Below are positions 38,315 through 51,656 of a stretch of 64,000 nucleotides of DNA, piece by piece (position 1 is the stretch's first letter; every line of letters starts with the position of its first letter). The stretch lies in contig JBPOGF010000012.1 of the NCBI GenBank assembly GCA_051251915.1, positions 1 to 64,000 on the forward strand, read 5' to 3'. Position numbers and translations under genes: made by a program. The notes under the pieces were generated by a model. The model did no database searches and was not told the DNA's origin. It saw only the letters and a list, made by a program, of their open reading frames with translations. This stretch comes from Akkermansiaceae bacterium (lineage in GTDB: Bacteria > Verrucomicrobiota > Verrucomicrobiia > Verrucomicrobiales > Akkermansiaceae).

Positions 38315-40018
38315 ATGACTGAAAAACAGCCGCTCTATCTAGTAGTAATCTTAGTTCTTATTGGCTCCATTCTATACAGTAAGTCTATATCGTTTGATTA
38401 CGTCTCTTATGACGACACTGCTTATGTATATGAAAACCATTTTGTGAAACAAGGCCTGACAGAAGAAAGTATCCAATGGGCATTTCTTTACCAAAGTCAG
38501 GCTGGCGAACTGTCTCACCGAGGAATAGAAAACCTTTGGCACCCTCTGACATGGATCTCGCACATGTTAGACGTTGAGCTCTACGGCATCAATACCCCTG
38601 GAGGACACCATGGAACAAATCTAATCCTTTATCTGATGACCATCCCCTTGGTATTTTGGAGCTCCTATAAACTTTTAGGTAATATTTGGGCTGGATTCAT
38701 TGTTGCTCTCATATGGACTGTCCACCCATTGAAAGTAGAGTCAGTCGCGTGGATTAGTGAGCGGAAGGATATTCTCAGCGGCTTATTCTTCTGGGCTTCA
38801 CTCAGCTGCGCCATCAAAAGTATTTCTTCTAGTAAAATCTGGGAGCGGTTTGGATTAGCTTTCTTTGTAGCAGCTCTACTCAGTAAGGCATCAGTCGTCA
38901 TCCTTCCCGCATTATTAATCTTGATCAGTGGTTACCTTAAGAAGGAGAAAACTTGGGGTATTTCATTTATCTTTAAAGAAAGTAAACGATGGGCTCTTTG
39001 GTTTGCTGCAGCTATAGTGATTTCACTCATATCCATTGTCATGCAGTCTGGAGGATCTCATGAATTCTTCATAGAGCGCTCATCGCTCATAGGAAGACTC
39101 ACCACTACAGGTTCGGCATTTTGGTTTTATATTTACCGTATCATTGTGCCTTGGGATCTAAATTTCTACTATGAGTATCCTAGATTACATATAGCATTTC
39201 ATCTAGTGGCATGGCTTGGCTTAATCACTCTTGTCTTCTTGACTTGGTTAAAGCGGAATTCAAACCCAACGCTCTTTATTGGTATTTTTTGGTTTTTGAT
39301 ATGCCTAGTACCTGTTTCTGGAATTTTCTATACTGGCTCTAGCTTCACGACAGATCGTTACGTCTACATTGCCTTAGCTGGCCTTTTATTCCCCTTAGCG
39401 ACGACTATTACACAGAGAAAAAAAATAACATGGATCATCGTCCCTCTACCGCTATTATATTGCATTCTATCATGGAACCAACTCAATGTTTGGAAGAACA
39501 GCTGGACCTTATTTACCCATAGCACAGAAGCTAGACCTGAAGCTGAAATCGGATGGACAAATCTAGCCACTCTTCAAAAACTAAACAACCAGTATGATGA
39601 GGCCATTATTTCTTATCATAAAGCTATTAAGGTGAACTCACTGAGTTACATCGCTTGGTATAATCTAGGTGTCATTTATGAACAAACTGGAGACATCTCG
39701 ACGGCAGCTGAAAAATACCAACACTCTCTAGAAATCTATCCTAACTACCTGCCTGCCGCTTTGAATCTAGGGCTCATCAAAAAAAATTCTGGAGACACCG
39801 AAGCTGCAAAAGAGTTATTTTATCGAGGTAATGAGCATAATGTCAAAATGCTCTGGCTTAGTTGCGAATGCGAAATGCTTTTACACAATTTTGACGCGGC
39901 TCAACTATTGATCAACAAATTAGACACACTTAATATTCAGCACCCTGATATTTTAAAGAGATTAGCTCAAGCAAAGAAAATCCTATCTCGAATGAACAAT
40001 AAAAATTTTAATCAGTAA
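38315..40018 (+). CDS. TMTC-like GT-C fold glycosyltransferase (protein O-mannosyltransferase-like) with C-terminal TPRs
   Basis: YDD..YV, WHPLTWISH, HPLKVESVAWISERKD, LLSK and DRYVY motifs; TPR tail. Confidence 0.87.
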   Translation: MTEKQPLYLVVILVLIGSILYSKSISFDYVSYDDTAYVYENHFVKQGLTEESIQWAFLYQSQAGELSHRGIENLWHPLTWISHMLDVELYGINTPGGHHGTNLILYLMTIPLVFWSSYKLLGNIWAGFIVALIWTVHPLKVESVAWISERKDILSGLFFWASLSCAIKSISSSKIWERFGLAFFVAALLSKASVVILPALLILISGYLKKEKTWGISFIFKESKRWALWFAAAIVISLISIVMQSGGSHEFFIERSSLIGRLTTTGSAFWFYIYRIIVPWDLNFYYEYPRLHIAFHLVAWLGLITLVFLTWLKRNSNPTLFIGIFWFLICLVPVSGIFYTGSSFTTDRYVYIALAGLLFPLATTITQRKKITWIIVPLPLLYCILSWNQLNVWKNSWTLFTHSTEARPEAEIGWTNLATLQKLNNQYDEAIISYHKAIKVNSLSYIAWYNLGVIYEQTGDISTAAEKYQHSLEIYPNYLPAALNLGLIKKNSGDTEAAKELFYRGNEHNVKMLWLSCECEMLLHNFDAAQLLINKLDTLNIQHPDILKRLAQAKKILSRMNNKNFNQ

Positions 40019-40648
40019 ATTTAGATAATTCTTTTCCTCTCGCTTCTCGATAAAATAGAATACTAGCTACTTCTATTTTAGACCTTTCAATAGACAGATC
40101 AGCGCCATTCCAAGCAATGTATGCAGACCATTAGGTATATAAAAATCAGTGATTTTATAATGCTCTTTAAATTCCTCTGAAGCTAGAAAACCATCCGGTA
40201 AACTTGGTAGCTCTCACTCTTGTTTAGCGTATATCTTCCATAGTTACCCAATGTTATTGTTCTTACTAGTCTACCTCATCTTCCGAGCTTATCAGAGACT
40301 ACTATGCCATCTGCTGAATTCAGACTCAGCTCTCAATTCTCTTCTCAGAAGTATGAAGCTGATTTCTTAGCACTTCCGAATTTATTCCCGCCACACACAA
40401 GGCAACACCTTCCTTGCTGATTTTGGACTTATCATCTCATATTGAAGCCTTTTTTCTGGTTCTTGTTCATCAAGGCAATGGTTTGCTTACTAGCTTGCTT
40501 TAGCTACGACCTAACGATCATAAAATTGCTGTCTTCCTAGTGGCTCTCTTGCTTCTTAGTCAGAGGGCTCTGCCTAGCAGAGCAAAAAAGACAATTCTTA
40601 GAAACAAGAATTGTCTTTTATTTTCAAGGATTGCTGAGCACCCTCAAG

Positions 40649-41608
40649 TTAATTACGACGGCGGAAACTTAATGCCATTAGAGCAGATAGTGCACTCAGT
40701 AGCGAAACGCTTGGCTCAGGGACGTTTTCCACATTTGAATACTGCTGACCATCTAATGAGAACACAAAATGTGTGTCTTCTGAAAAAGTTGCGGCACCAT
40801 CTCCGGGTGTGATGGTCCAGGTCATTGTATCAGCATAAAATTTCGTAGCATCTGTTGTGTCATAGCCATTTCCATCAAAATCAAATCCACGAACTAGTAA
40901 AAATCCATCACTGTTACCTCCTAAACCAACGAGTTCGCTAAAGCCATTTACATCGCTATAATTCAGCCCTCCGCCAGTCGGAGTTTCCCATGCATCTGAA
41001 GCAAAACTAGCAACATTGGGACCACCTGCTGTAAAATCGGTTCCATTCAATGAATAAACAGCATTACCAATGCTCATGTCGACGTCAAAGTTACTAAGAC
41101 CTAGGCCAGCGCCTGCATCCACTAATCCCAAGGCAGCCAACAATGGTCGTGAAGTAGCACTAGAGACCGAAGAGTTCCGACCAGCGAGAAACTCACTGTA
41201 ATTGATGGTTAAATTTATAGCGGTTACCCCGGTCAAACCAGAAAATCCAACAGAATTATGGTAAAGTGCACCGTCATCATAGTCTGCTGAGTTAGCAACG
41301 TAAAGGTCACCAGACCCTCCACTAAAGGATACATTAAAGGTGGTAACCAGATCCTCTGTTAAAATTCGGCTAACGCTTGTTGTATCAAAGCTCAATGTAC
41401 CACTGGTGAGCCCTTCCACCAGTAAGTTATCTTTGACTCCATTAGCAAAATCACCAGCTTCAACATCAGTTTGGACAACACCATCGCCAGTATAGTTACC
41501 CTGCGTGAATGATCCTGAAGAATCTGTTTCGACTTCAAACGGGATCACACCAAACGACATTGAAGTCAAGCCTAGTGATATCCCTAGTATAATGTTTATT
41601 GTTTTCAT
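40649..41608 (-). CDS. PEP-CTERM sorting domain surface protein
   Basis: Signal peptide; Ser/Thr/Gly-rich body; VPEPSVSLLSALSALMALSFRRRN. Confidence 0.93.
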   Translation of the reverse strand: MKTINIILGISLGLTSMSFGVIPFEVETDSSGSFTQGNYTGDGVVQTDVEAGDFANGVKDNLLVEGLTSGTLSFDTTSVSRILTEDLVTTFNVSFSGGSGDLYVANSADYDDGALYHNSVGFSGLTGVTAINLTINYSEFLAGRNSSVSSATSRPLLAALGLVDAGAGLGLSNFDVDMSIGNAVYSLNGTDFTAGGPNVASFASDAWETPTGGGLNYSDVNGFSELVGLGGNSDGFLLVRGFDFDGNGYDTTDATKFYADTMTWTITPGDGAATFSEDTHFVFSLDGQQYSNVENVPEPSVSLLSALSALMALSFRRRN

Positions 41609-42466
41609 AAGGGGGTGAGTATATTACATTCCTTTAAATTATTAATATAATAAGTTAATTCCTATCACTTAATAAAAAAACATCAATATTTTTTTTAAAT
41701 AAAACCTCACCCGCGGACATTTAGCTAGGGAGAGGAGATGGTTTCTGAGTCCAATCAGTCAGACTTTACCCTCATCAGCTTAATAGAAAGTGACTGTTTA
41801 AGCCTTCTATATAATTTCAATAATTGATGAGCCATACCTCTTACTATGACTAGATTCCCCACAATATTTTCCATTCGGACTTATGAATGATCCTCAAGGC
41901 ACAAGGTCTCTAATACCCGATGGCATCAACTCTTTATGCTCCAGTGTTGACATAACAAGCCCCGGAACTATTCTGCTTTAACTTTTAAAGTACTTAGATT
42001 GTAGCATTTATGCGTATATTTTTAATGTACTCCAAGATACAACTTCCACAGGACTTCGAGTCCATGAGCGTAAATAGATCGATTAGAGTGTGTACGATAA
42101 GGATAACACCTCGTAGTTCAATCCTCTCTTTAAACCAATCCTTCTGAATCTGAGTAAATTCAATCATTCCAGAAAACAATTTCACTCCACAAAAATACAC
42201 TGACTAGTATGAAGAGGATTTCTCCTAAGTAATGCCACTAATTACCTACTGTCATCGAATCTTAAATGATGATGAATTTTTCAAAATCTGCGAACAAACC
42301 ACTGAGTAATCTAATTTATTTGGATTTCTAAGCATCCTAATAGTTATTAATACTCTAAAACCTTGGACCAACCTTATTTGTCAATGTTTTCCTTTACGTG
42401 ATGACCGTGTGTAATTATCCAAACATGAATCACCTCTTCTCCCTTCCACCTCGACTATAATCAGTA

Positions 42467-43486
42467 TCATAACAACAACTCGGGGTCCAGCTCCAACCCA
42501 TTCACCAAATGCTGCGCAAAATGCGCAGCCACACTCGGAGCGGTCGTCACCCCCTTACTCCCCAGCCCATTGAAAAAACTTACCTCTGGGTGATCAGGAT
42601 GATGCCCTATATACGGCTGACTCTTGCGCAATATAGGCCTAACTCCCGCCGTATGCTCCACCACCTCATAAGGCATATCAGTGAGATTCCGGATCTTCCC
42701 CTCTACCACAGCCCTACCCTCTTCAGTAGCGCTTCCCCCCATATCTGACCACTCATAAGTTGCTCCTACCTTAAAGCGCCCACCCCCCAAAGGAATCAAC
42801 CAACCATTCCGATTCACTATCTTCTCCTCACTAGCATCAGGCATACAAATCGTTAAAATTTCCCCCTTCGCAGACCGATGCTCCAAATAAGAAAACAACC
42901 CATCCTCACTCAACCCTCGCGCCCCCTGACAAAGCACAACCCTCTTCGCCTCGATATCTTTCCACCTAACAACGCCCCCACCAAACAAAAGATCAGCCTC
43001 TAAAAACGTATCACACCGATACCTCCCCCCTAAAATCTCCCGTATCACCTCCAGATACAACCTCGTATCCAACCACCCACCACCCTTCATCACAAACCCA
43101 CCATCATCCGCATTCCACTGCCCTAAATCCTCATCTACAGCATCTTCCACCCACCCTTCAAGCAACTCCTTCTTCCTCTCAAACTTAACCCGCTGTTTCT
43201 CACCATCAAACAACCGCAACGTATCCATCGGATGAAAAAGTTGCTTCCCTGATAGCGCCTCCAACCTTTGATAATACCCCAGTGCCTCCGGTAAATACTC
43301 ACCCTGCCGCCAGCTAAGATTCATCCCCATCCCTGCCACAGTCGTAATCAGCCCCGCCGCTACCTTACTAGCTGAATTTGCATCCTCACCATCCACCACC
43401 AAGACCGATGCTCCTACATCAATCAATGCCACAGCCAGCGCACTACCAGCCAAACCCTGGCCAATAATAAGAAAATCCACATTCAT
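42467..43486 (-). CDS. FAD-dependent oxidoreductase (DAO / glycine oxidase family)
   Basis: IIGQGLAG, ASKVAAG, AGVRP, NGLGSKG. Confidence 0.9.
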   Translation of the reverse strand: MNVDFLIIGQGLAGSALAVALIDVGASVLVVDGEDANSASKVAAGLITTVAGMGMNLSWRQGEYLPEALGYYQRLEALSGKQLFHPMDTLRLFDGEKQRVKFERKKELLEGWVEDAVDEDLGQWNADDGGFVMKGGGWLDTRLYLEVIREILGGRYRCDTFLEADLLFGGGVVRWKDIEAKRVVLCQGARGLSEDGLFSYLEHRSAKGEILTICMPDASEEKIVNRNGWLIPLGGGRFKVGATYEWSDMGGSATEEGRAVVEGKIRNLTDMPYEVVEHTAGVRPILRKSQPYIGHHPDHPEVSFFNGLGSKGVTTAPSVAAHFAQHLVNGLELDPELLL

Positions 43487-43497
43487 CTCGCAAGTTA

Positions 43498-44607
43498 CTA
43501 AACAGTCTCAGCAATATTCAACGCATCAATAAGCATCCTAAGTCTACCAAAATCCCTACGCTTATGCCTCAGCACAATCCTAGTCATATCCTTCAGATCC
43601 TCCTCATAAAATTCCTCTTCAAGAGCCCCAGTCTGCTCAATTTTTCCATCTTTCGAGATATCAGAAAAATCCATCTGTAGCTTCTCCACAGCACTTTCTG
43701 TTAGTGCCCGCTCAATCCTAAGAACAAGCTTGTCACCACAGTATCGATACGAATGAAAATTAGAATAAAATTGCACAATCTCATCAATAGCAACCTCGAT
43801 ATTATCCGTGATTTTAAACAACGCAAAATCAGTCTCTGAAATAAGATTCAAGCGCATCAAATGCTCAGACATAAATTGCATCCAGAACTTCCAATACTTA
43901 CCACCCTTTGCATCAATTAGCACAATCGGATACACAGTCGCCTTACCCGTCTGAATCAAAGTCAACGCCTCAAACAACTCATCCATCGTCCCCACCCCGC
44001 CAGGGAAAGCCACCGCGGCATCAGCCTCCTTCACAAACGAAAGCTTACGTGTGAAGAAAAAGTTAAAATCAATCAGCTTTTCATCATTATTGATAAAATC
44101 ATTAGCTGAAGTTTCAAAAGGTAAATTAATATTCAACCCAAAACTATTCTCTTTCCCCGCTCCCTCATTTCCCGCAGCCATGATCCCAGGACCCGCACCA
44201 GTGATCGTCATATACCCCTCTTCAGTAAGTCGCTTCGAAAATCTAACAGCGGTCTGATATTCTGCCTCATCAGGCTGTGTTCTAGCTGACCCAAACACCG
44301 CAACCTTCCGCTTACCACGATACGGCTCGAAAATCTCATTCGCATGCCGCATCTCCTTAAGCGCTCTATTCATCATCTTAAAGTCCCCATCAGAAGCAAT
44401 CCCCCGTGACAACCTCACAGCCGTAACCATCATCTCCGCCAACATACAGCCTCTATCACCAGAACTAAGTTCCTCTGCTAATGCACGGACCTTTTCATCC
44501 ACCTCCTTTTCCCCCGTTGTACCTATATAGGAGCACTGAGGCGAGAGAGACATTCCTCCTGTAAAATCTTTTTCGTGAGGAGCTGCATGGTGTTTTTCTG
44601 GTTTCAT
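43498..44607 (-). CDS. LOG family protein (TIGR00730-like)
   Basis: VFGSAR, TGAGPGIM, FFFTRK, FPGGVGTMDE. Confidence 0.92.
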   Translation of the reverse strand: MKPEKHHAAPHEKDFTGGMSLSPQCSYIGTTGEKEVDEKVRALAEELSSGDRGCMLAEMMVTAVRLSRGIASDGDFKMMNRALKEMRHANEIFEPYRGKRKVAVFGSARTQPDEAEYQTAVRFSKRLTEEGYMTITGAGPGIMAAGNEGAGKENSFGLNINLPFETSANDFINNDEKLIDFNFFFTRKLSFVKEADAAVAFPGGVGTMDELFEALTLIQTGKATVYPIVLIDAKGGKYWKFWMQFMSEHLMRLNLISETDFALFKITDNIEVAIDEIVQFYSNFHSYRYCGDKLVLRIERALTESAVEKLQMDFSDISKDGKIEQTGALEEEFYEEDLKDMTRIVLRHKRRDFGRLRMLIDALNIAETV

Positions 44608-44640
44608 GACACCTAAGCTAAACCATCTTCTAACATTCCG

Positions 44641-47600
44641 CTAGAGATTTATTGTCTTTCTGAAATGTGTCGAAAGGATCACAGCAAACACATTTTCTTC
44701 AGTTAAAGAATACGTTTGGCAGATCATCCGCTTATAACGGTTCAACTGCTCCCCATACCGCTCTACCAACTCAGCTGCCTCCTCAACCTTATCAGTTTTG
44801 AAATCCATAATCGCTGCATTCAACGCCCTCCCCCTCTCATCAAATTCCACCAACAAACGATCAATAACCCCACTCACCCACACACCATCTATTATAGATT
44901 CTATCGCCTGTTCACGGTAAACCCTCAAGCCCTCTCGCGACTCAAAAAACGGCAATACACTAGAATGCTCCACACACTCACGAACGATAGCACCCACTTG
45001 CTCATCCCCCACCCACGCCAATTCACCATCCCACCACTTAATACTCTCAAAACACTGATGCACCAAATCCCCATACTCTAAACCGCCTCTATCCATAAGC
45101 ATCTGTGAAAAGTTTCTCTTCTTACTACCGCCAGCCAACACACTAGCCTGCCTCGGATCAGCATCAGGCAGCTTGACTACCTCAGAAGCATCACCCTCCT
45201 CACACTCTCTAAGTGGTTTAGCCTCCAGCCAATCCCAACTCCCATGCTCAAACAATAACCTCCCAGAAAATTCACCCAAACTCTCATCCCTCTCCAAACA
45301 CCCGTCTAAAGATTCACGTATCCAGTCCGCTTCATTCCTCTTCCGCGAAGAAGGCTTATTCTTCTTCGCATCCAATAAACAGTAAGTCCCATGAACCGCC
45401 CGTGTCAGCATCACATACAGCACACAAAACTGCTCATAACACTGCTCCTCAGCCCAACATTCCATCTCCCCCCTCAGCACAGCATCAGCATTTCTTACAT
45501 CCTTCACCGGTGCCATCATCACATGCCTACCATCACTCCCCGCCTGGTCAGACTCTATCACCTTCACCCTACTCTCATCATCAAATGACGAATTCTCAAG
45601 ATCTGGCAAGATCACACTATCAAAGCCCAATCCCTTCGCCTTATGCACCGTCATTATCTGCACCACTCCCTTGCGTGTCACCTCGCGTTGCTTCCAAGAT
45701 TCCACCTCACTCAGCCAATCTGTTAGAACCCCACCTTTCACAGCAAAGTCCGCCGCAGCCTGCCTCAACTCAGTCATCCTCCCTATACTATACTCAGACA
45801 AATTCACCGCTTTAGCTAGCGCATCACACCACTCACCTAAAATCACATCCACCCCTCTAACTGAAATCTGTTGCGTCCAGTAATACCAGCGCCCCTGCAT
45901 ATTATCCACATCCTTCTCCCCACCAAATACTCCCCCAAAAGGACTCAACTGCACATGCCACCAGGCCAATGTATCCGTTGGATAACATAAAAAACGAAAC
46001 GCATCCACCAACACCGCCGTCACCGGATTCTCCTCACCCACTAACAGCTCATCCTCCACCGCTACTGGAGTATCAGAATGATGCTCACGCAAATACTCCG
46101 CAATCTCACGGCCACGAGCATTCTTACGCACCAAAATAGCACAGCTCAACCCTCGCCTAACAGGATCTAACTTCTTCACCAACTCACCTATCCATCCCAT
46201 CCGCACCTCATCCACACTTAGCTCATCCTGCTCGTCCATCTCACACACCCAGCCATGCCCAACCAGATCTGTTAGAGCCGCCTCGTGGTCTTGGAACTTC
46301 CACCTCTGCACCGCCTTCACAGGAAACAGCGCCATCCCTTTCGACTTAGGATTACAAACCTTATTCACCAACTCCAACACGCTCTTAGACGAACGCCATG
46401 ACTTATCCATCGGATACTCATGGAGCCGATCCGCATACCTCTCAGCCAATTCATCAAACAACTTCGGCTCACCACCACGCCAACCATAAATCCCCTGCTT
46501 AGTATCACCCACCACAAACAACGACCTCTCACCCTCAATATCATTCACCACCTCATCAATCAAATTCCTAATCACATCCCACTGCGGCCTACTCGTATCC
46601 TGAAACTCATCCAACATCCAGTGATCAAACTTCCCATCAAATCTAAACTCCACCAAATCCTTACTCACCTCATCCCACAGCCCCACACTCTCATGCCCAG
46701 ACAACAACAACGTAGCATCAGAAAACCCCAGTCTCCCCTGCCCCCTCACCTTCGCGCTATACCTCTCCTCATAAGCCTCTATCACCTCATACACACCCCG
46801 AGTCCTCTCTAACTTCGCAATAATTTCATCCGCCACCAATGTGCTCAACAAATCATAAAGAGCCTCAGCCAACTCACCATCCACCACCATCTCCTTCTTA
46901 TAATAAGTATCAACAAATGATCCCTCTTTCAGATCTGTTAGATGCTCAAGTAATGTCGGAAATTTCCCCGCCAACCCAATAGGAGTCCCAGCCTTCCCCT
47001 CCCTCTCCTGTAACCCTTCAGCCACAGTTACCAATGCTTTATTATACCGCTTATCAGCAAAAGTAATCCCTTCTAACAGATCTATCACACGCTGCGCCTT
47101 AACAGCATATCCCCCCCTCCCACTCCAGGGCAGACCATCCGGCCACAAAGCCTTCTCATTCCCCCAGCTATCCGAATCAGGACACTTCAGCCAGCGCTGC
47201 TGATAATGATCCACAAATTCCCTCAACCTCTCGTTCACCCGGATCGCCTCATCACCACCACTCGTCTGGCGAAATGCCTGCACAAACCCCTTCATCCTCT
47301 TACCTAGATTCCTACCCTCAGCTCCGCCGGATGAATTAAATATATCCGCAAACACCTTCATCTTCTCCGCCTCAAGCTCACTCCCCTGCACCAGATCAAA
47401 GCCAGACATACCCAACTCAAACGCAAAGTTGCGCAGCAGCTTCACAAAAAAACTATCCAGCGTCGAAAGCGCCAACCGATCAATGCTATCTACCAACTTC
47501 TTCAACAACCCGCGGAAAAAATCCACATTCATATCCGGCAGCACTATCGCCCCCTCTACCAACGCCGGCATTGACTCATCACCTAAAATAGCACGCTTAA

Positions 47601-47826
47601 TGTCCGCCCCTAGCTCGCCAGCTGCCACATCACTCTGTGCCCCTACAGCCAATCTTGTCAAAATCCTATCAGAGAACTCACCCGCCGCCTTCTTCGTAAA
47701 CGTAAGCGCTATTATCTTCTCCGGCACCACACCCAGCACCAGCAGAGCTAAATATCGGTTAGCCAGCTGCCATGTCTTACCACTTCCGGCAGACGCACGT
47801 ATCATTACACTCTCTATAGATGCCAC
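44641..47826 (-). CDS. UvrD-family helicase-nuclease, AddA/RecB type
   Basis: ASAGSGKT, LTFTKKAA, DEFQDTS, VGDTKQGIYGWRGG, MTVHKAKGL, YVMLTRA; C-terminal GVIDRL...DFKT nuclease. Confidence 0.93.
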   Translation of the reverse strand: MASIESVMIRASAGSGKTWQLANRYLALLVLGVVPEKIIALTFTKKAAGEFSDRILTRLAVGAQSDVAAGELGADIKRAILGDESMPALVEGAIVLPDMNVDFFRGLLKKLVDSIDRLALSTLDSFFVKLLRNFAFELGMSGFDLVQGSELEAEKMKVFADIFNSSGGAEGRNLGKRMKGFVQAFRQTSGGDEAIRVNERLREFVDHYQQRWLKCPDSDSWGNEKALWPDGLPWSGRGGYAVKAQRVIDLLEGITFADKRYNKALVTVAEGLQEREGKAGTPIGLAGKFPTLLEHLTDLKEGSFVDTYYKKEMVVDGELAEALYDLLSTLVADEIIAKLERTRGVYEVIEAYEERYSAKVRGQGRLGFSDATLLLSGHESVGLWDEVSKDLVEFRFDGKFDHWMLDEFQDTSRPQWDVIRNLIDEVVNDIEGERSLFVVGDTKQGIYGWRGGEPKLFDELAERYADRLHEYPMDKSWRSSKSVLELVNKVCNPKSKGMALFPVKAVQRWKFQDHEAALTDLVGHGWVCEMDEQDELSVDEVRMGWIGELVKKLDPVRRGLSCAILVRKNARGREIAEYLREHHSDTPVAVEDELLVGEENPVTAVLVDAFRFLCYPTDTLAWWHVQLSPFGGVFGGEKDVDNMQGRWYYWTQQISVRGVDVILGEWCDALAKAVNLSEYSIGRMTELRQAAADFAVKGGVLTDWLSEVESWKQREVTRKGVVQIMTVHKAKGLGFDSVILPDLENSSFDDESRVKVIESDQAGSDGRHVMMAPVKDVRNADAVLRGEMECWAEEQCYEQFCVLYVMLTRAVHGTYCLLDAKKNKPSSRKRNEADWIRESLDGCLERDESLGEFSGRLLFEHGSWDWLEAKPLRECEEGDASEVVKLPDADPRQASVLAGGSKKRNFSQMLMDRGGLEYGDLVHQCFESIKWWDGELAWVGDEQVGAIVRECVEHSSVLPFFESREGLRVYREQAIESIIDGVWVSGVIDRLLVEFDERGRALNAAIMDFKTDKVEEAAELVERYGEQLNRYKRMICQTYSLTEENVFAVILSTHFRKTINL

Positions 47827-48097
47827 GCCTGTGATTCAACTCTGGAGCGACACATCTGACAATCATAAAAAAAAGTTTGCCAAGTCTCCCTATTTTGATA
47901 GAAATGTCTCTGTTGAACGACTCAGAGGTACTCTTTGCAACCTCTAACCTTGATTTACTCTTAATCAATTCGCCACAACTCACCATCTATATGACGCGTG
48001 AAATGTAGCCAGTTTATTTCTTAACAGAGCAAAATCCCAAACTACGTCCTCACATCATTTCACCGACTATACCCGACCATACCCATCCATCAATTTC

Positions 48098-49864
<1,767 letters not shown>

Positions 49865-49882
49865 AAAAACTTACCTCAAGAC

Positions 49883-51502
49883 CTACAGATCCTGCATCAC
49901 ATGCTTCGGCAGCACGCTAAGCCCTCCATATAAGTCTAGCTTCTCTCGTGCGCTTTCTATAAGTGTTTCATAGCCTTTCTTATCATCGTTAAGCAGGCTC
50001 ATGAGCGCATTACTATGCTCAAAGTAAATCTGTAGAGCACCAAAGCCACGAAAGAAATAATTCTTATCTACAAAAGTGTTAGAGTTCTCTAACCGTTGAC
50101 TATTCGTCTTACCCAGCGTCTCCCCCAGTCTCGCTTGTATCTTTATCGCATCATCCATCCGTCCATCACGGAGCAAGATTCGGATCGCAATGTATTCGTT
50201 CAGCCCTTGGTAGTAAAATGTCACTGCGGAATACTCCTCTACTGAAGTCTTATACTCCTTCGTAGGAAGCGCATCTCTCGCCCTCTCCAGATCTCCTTCA
50301 TCTCCACGTGCAAGATATAATCGCGTCGATAAGGTCTTAACCTCCCAGAGAAAAATACCGCGCATCTCACTCTTAAAGCTAACATTGACATCTGACCTAG
50401 CCATCTCATCTGCTAACTTGATCGCCTTATCAAACTCCCCCATATCATAGTAATTCACCACCTTAAAGATCCGCGCCTTCCACAAACCCGCATTAGCTTC
50501 ATCATGTATCTCGCTTTGCTTCCCCCATTCAGCAAATAACTTCTCAGCCTTACTAAATTCAGCATCCGCCTTATCAAACTGTCCCGCCTTACGCAAAAAA
50601 TATCCCTTCTTCAGAACAAACGTTGGTAAGTCAGGCGCCCACACCGTTAGCTTATTCACCACGGGTAAAACTTGAGACGCTATCACACCTTGATCTTTCT
50701 CATAGTCATGCAGAAGCATCCAATACACCCATAGCATCGGCGTGTATTTATAGCGTCGCATCAGCAGTGCTACATAATCTTTTTTCTCCTGCTGCTCCTC
50801 AGCCGTCACAGCCCCAGTGCGCAATCTCATCAAAACCTTCTTGCCTATCAGCGCCTGAAAATCCATCGGATATTCCTTCACTAACTTATCTAACACCTCC
50901 AGCTGTGCCACCTTATTACCTTCCAACCTAGATATCGCTAGCTCCGCATAAAGGCGCTCTTGCTGTCTGAAAACATATTCACCATCCTTCTTCGATTTAT
51001 AAAGAGTATCCACCCGCTCCATAAGATCAGTCTTCACCTCATGACTCGGATTGTGGTTCGTCGCACTAAGATAGAGCAGACCAGTATATGAAATTAAACA
51101 ATCAGGATCAAACTTCAACGCATGAACAAAACTCCTATGCGCCTCTATATCCCACCCACACTGCATCAGCCCAAAACCCTGCCTGGCATACTCGCGCGCC
51201 GTTTTATTGGTAGTCGTAACCTCTATCGGAACCTTTATCGCATCCTCCCAAGTCACAGGCCTAGCCAATCCCATCACACTATCGAAAAGAAAGTCTAATA
51301 GCTCATCACCCTGTCTCTCCAAGCCCAACATGGGATCGCCCTTCTTATCATCCACTATTGCAACAGCCTCTTGTGCATTCAGAGGCAAAACAGTACCAGC
51401 TAGGCACAATGATAGTATACAAACAGTAGCTCTGCTTGTTATACAAGTGGTTTTTGTAGGGAGCTTTCTCATCGTAAGACCAGTATTTAAGGTAATGTCC
51501 AT
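49883..51502 (-). CDS. Secreted TPR-like hypothetical protein
   Basis: Signal peptide; AREYARQG...W..EAHRSF..AL..DPDC...Y.G TPR-type motif. Confidence 0.75.
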   Translation of the reverse strand: MDITLNTGLTMRKLPTKTTCITSRATVCILSLCLAGTVLPLNAQEAVAIVDDKKGDPMLGLERQGDELLDFLFDSVMGLARPVTWEDAIKVPIEVTTTNKTAREYARQGFGLMQCGWDIEAHRSFVHALKFDPDCLISYTGLLYLSATNHNPSHEVKTDLMERVDTLYKSKKDGEYVFRQQERLYAELAISRLEGNKVAQLEVLDKLVKEYPMDFQALIGKKVLMRLRTGAVTAEEQQEKKDYVALLMRRYKYTPMLWVYWMLLHDYEKDQGVIASQVLPVVNKLTVWAPDLPTFVLKKGYFLRKAGQFDKADAEFSKAEKLFAEWGKQSEIHDEANAGLWKARIFKVVNYYDMGEFDKAIKLADEMARSDVNVSFKSEMRGIFLWEVKTLSTRLYLARGDEGDLERARDALPTKEYKTSVEEYSAVTFYYQGLNEYIAIRILLRDGRMDDAIKIQARLGETLGKTNSQRLENSNTFVDKNYFFRGFGALQIYFEHSNALMSLLNDDKKGYETLIESAREKLDLYGGLSVLPKHVMQDL

Positions 51503-51656
51503 AATAGTCTAACCAGACCATTATCAAATCCTTATAGCACAGATTTGACTATATACAACCAGAATAGTTAAGAACGGTTAACCAACCCAGCATTCCACAA
51601 CATCGCTAGACTTTGCTAGTTGCATACTCACTCTGTAACTCTACCATCCCTCTGCA

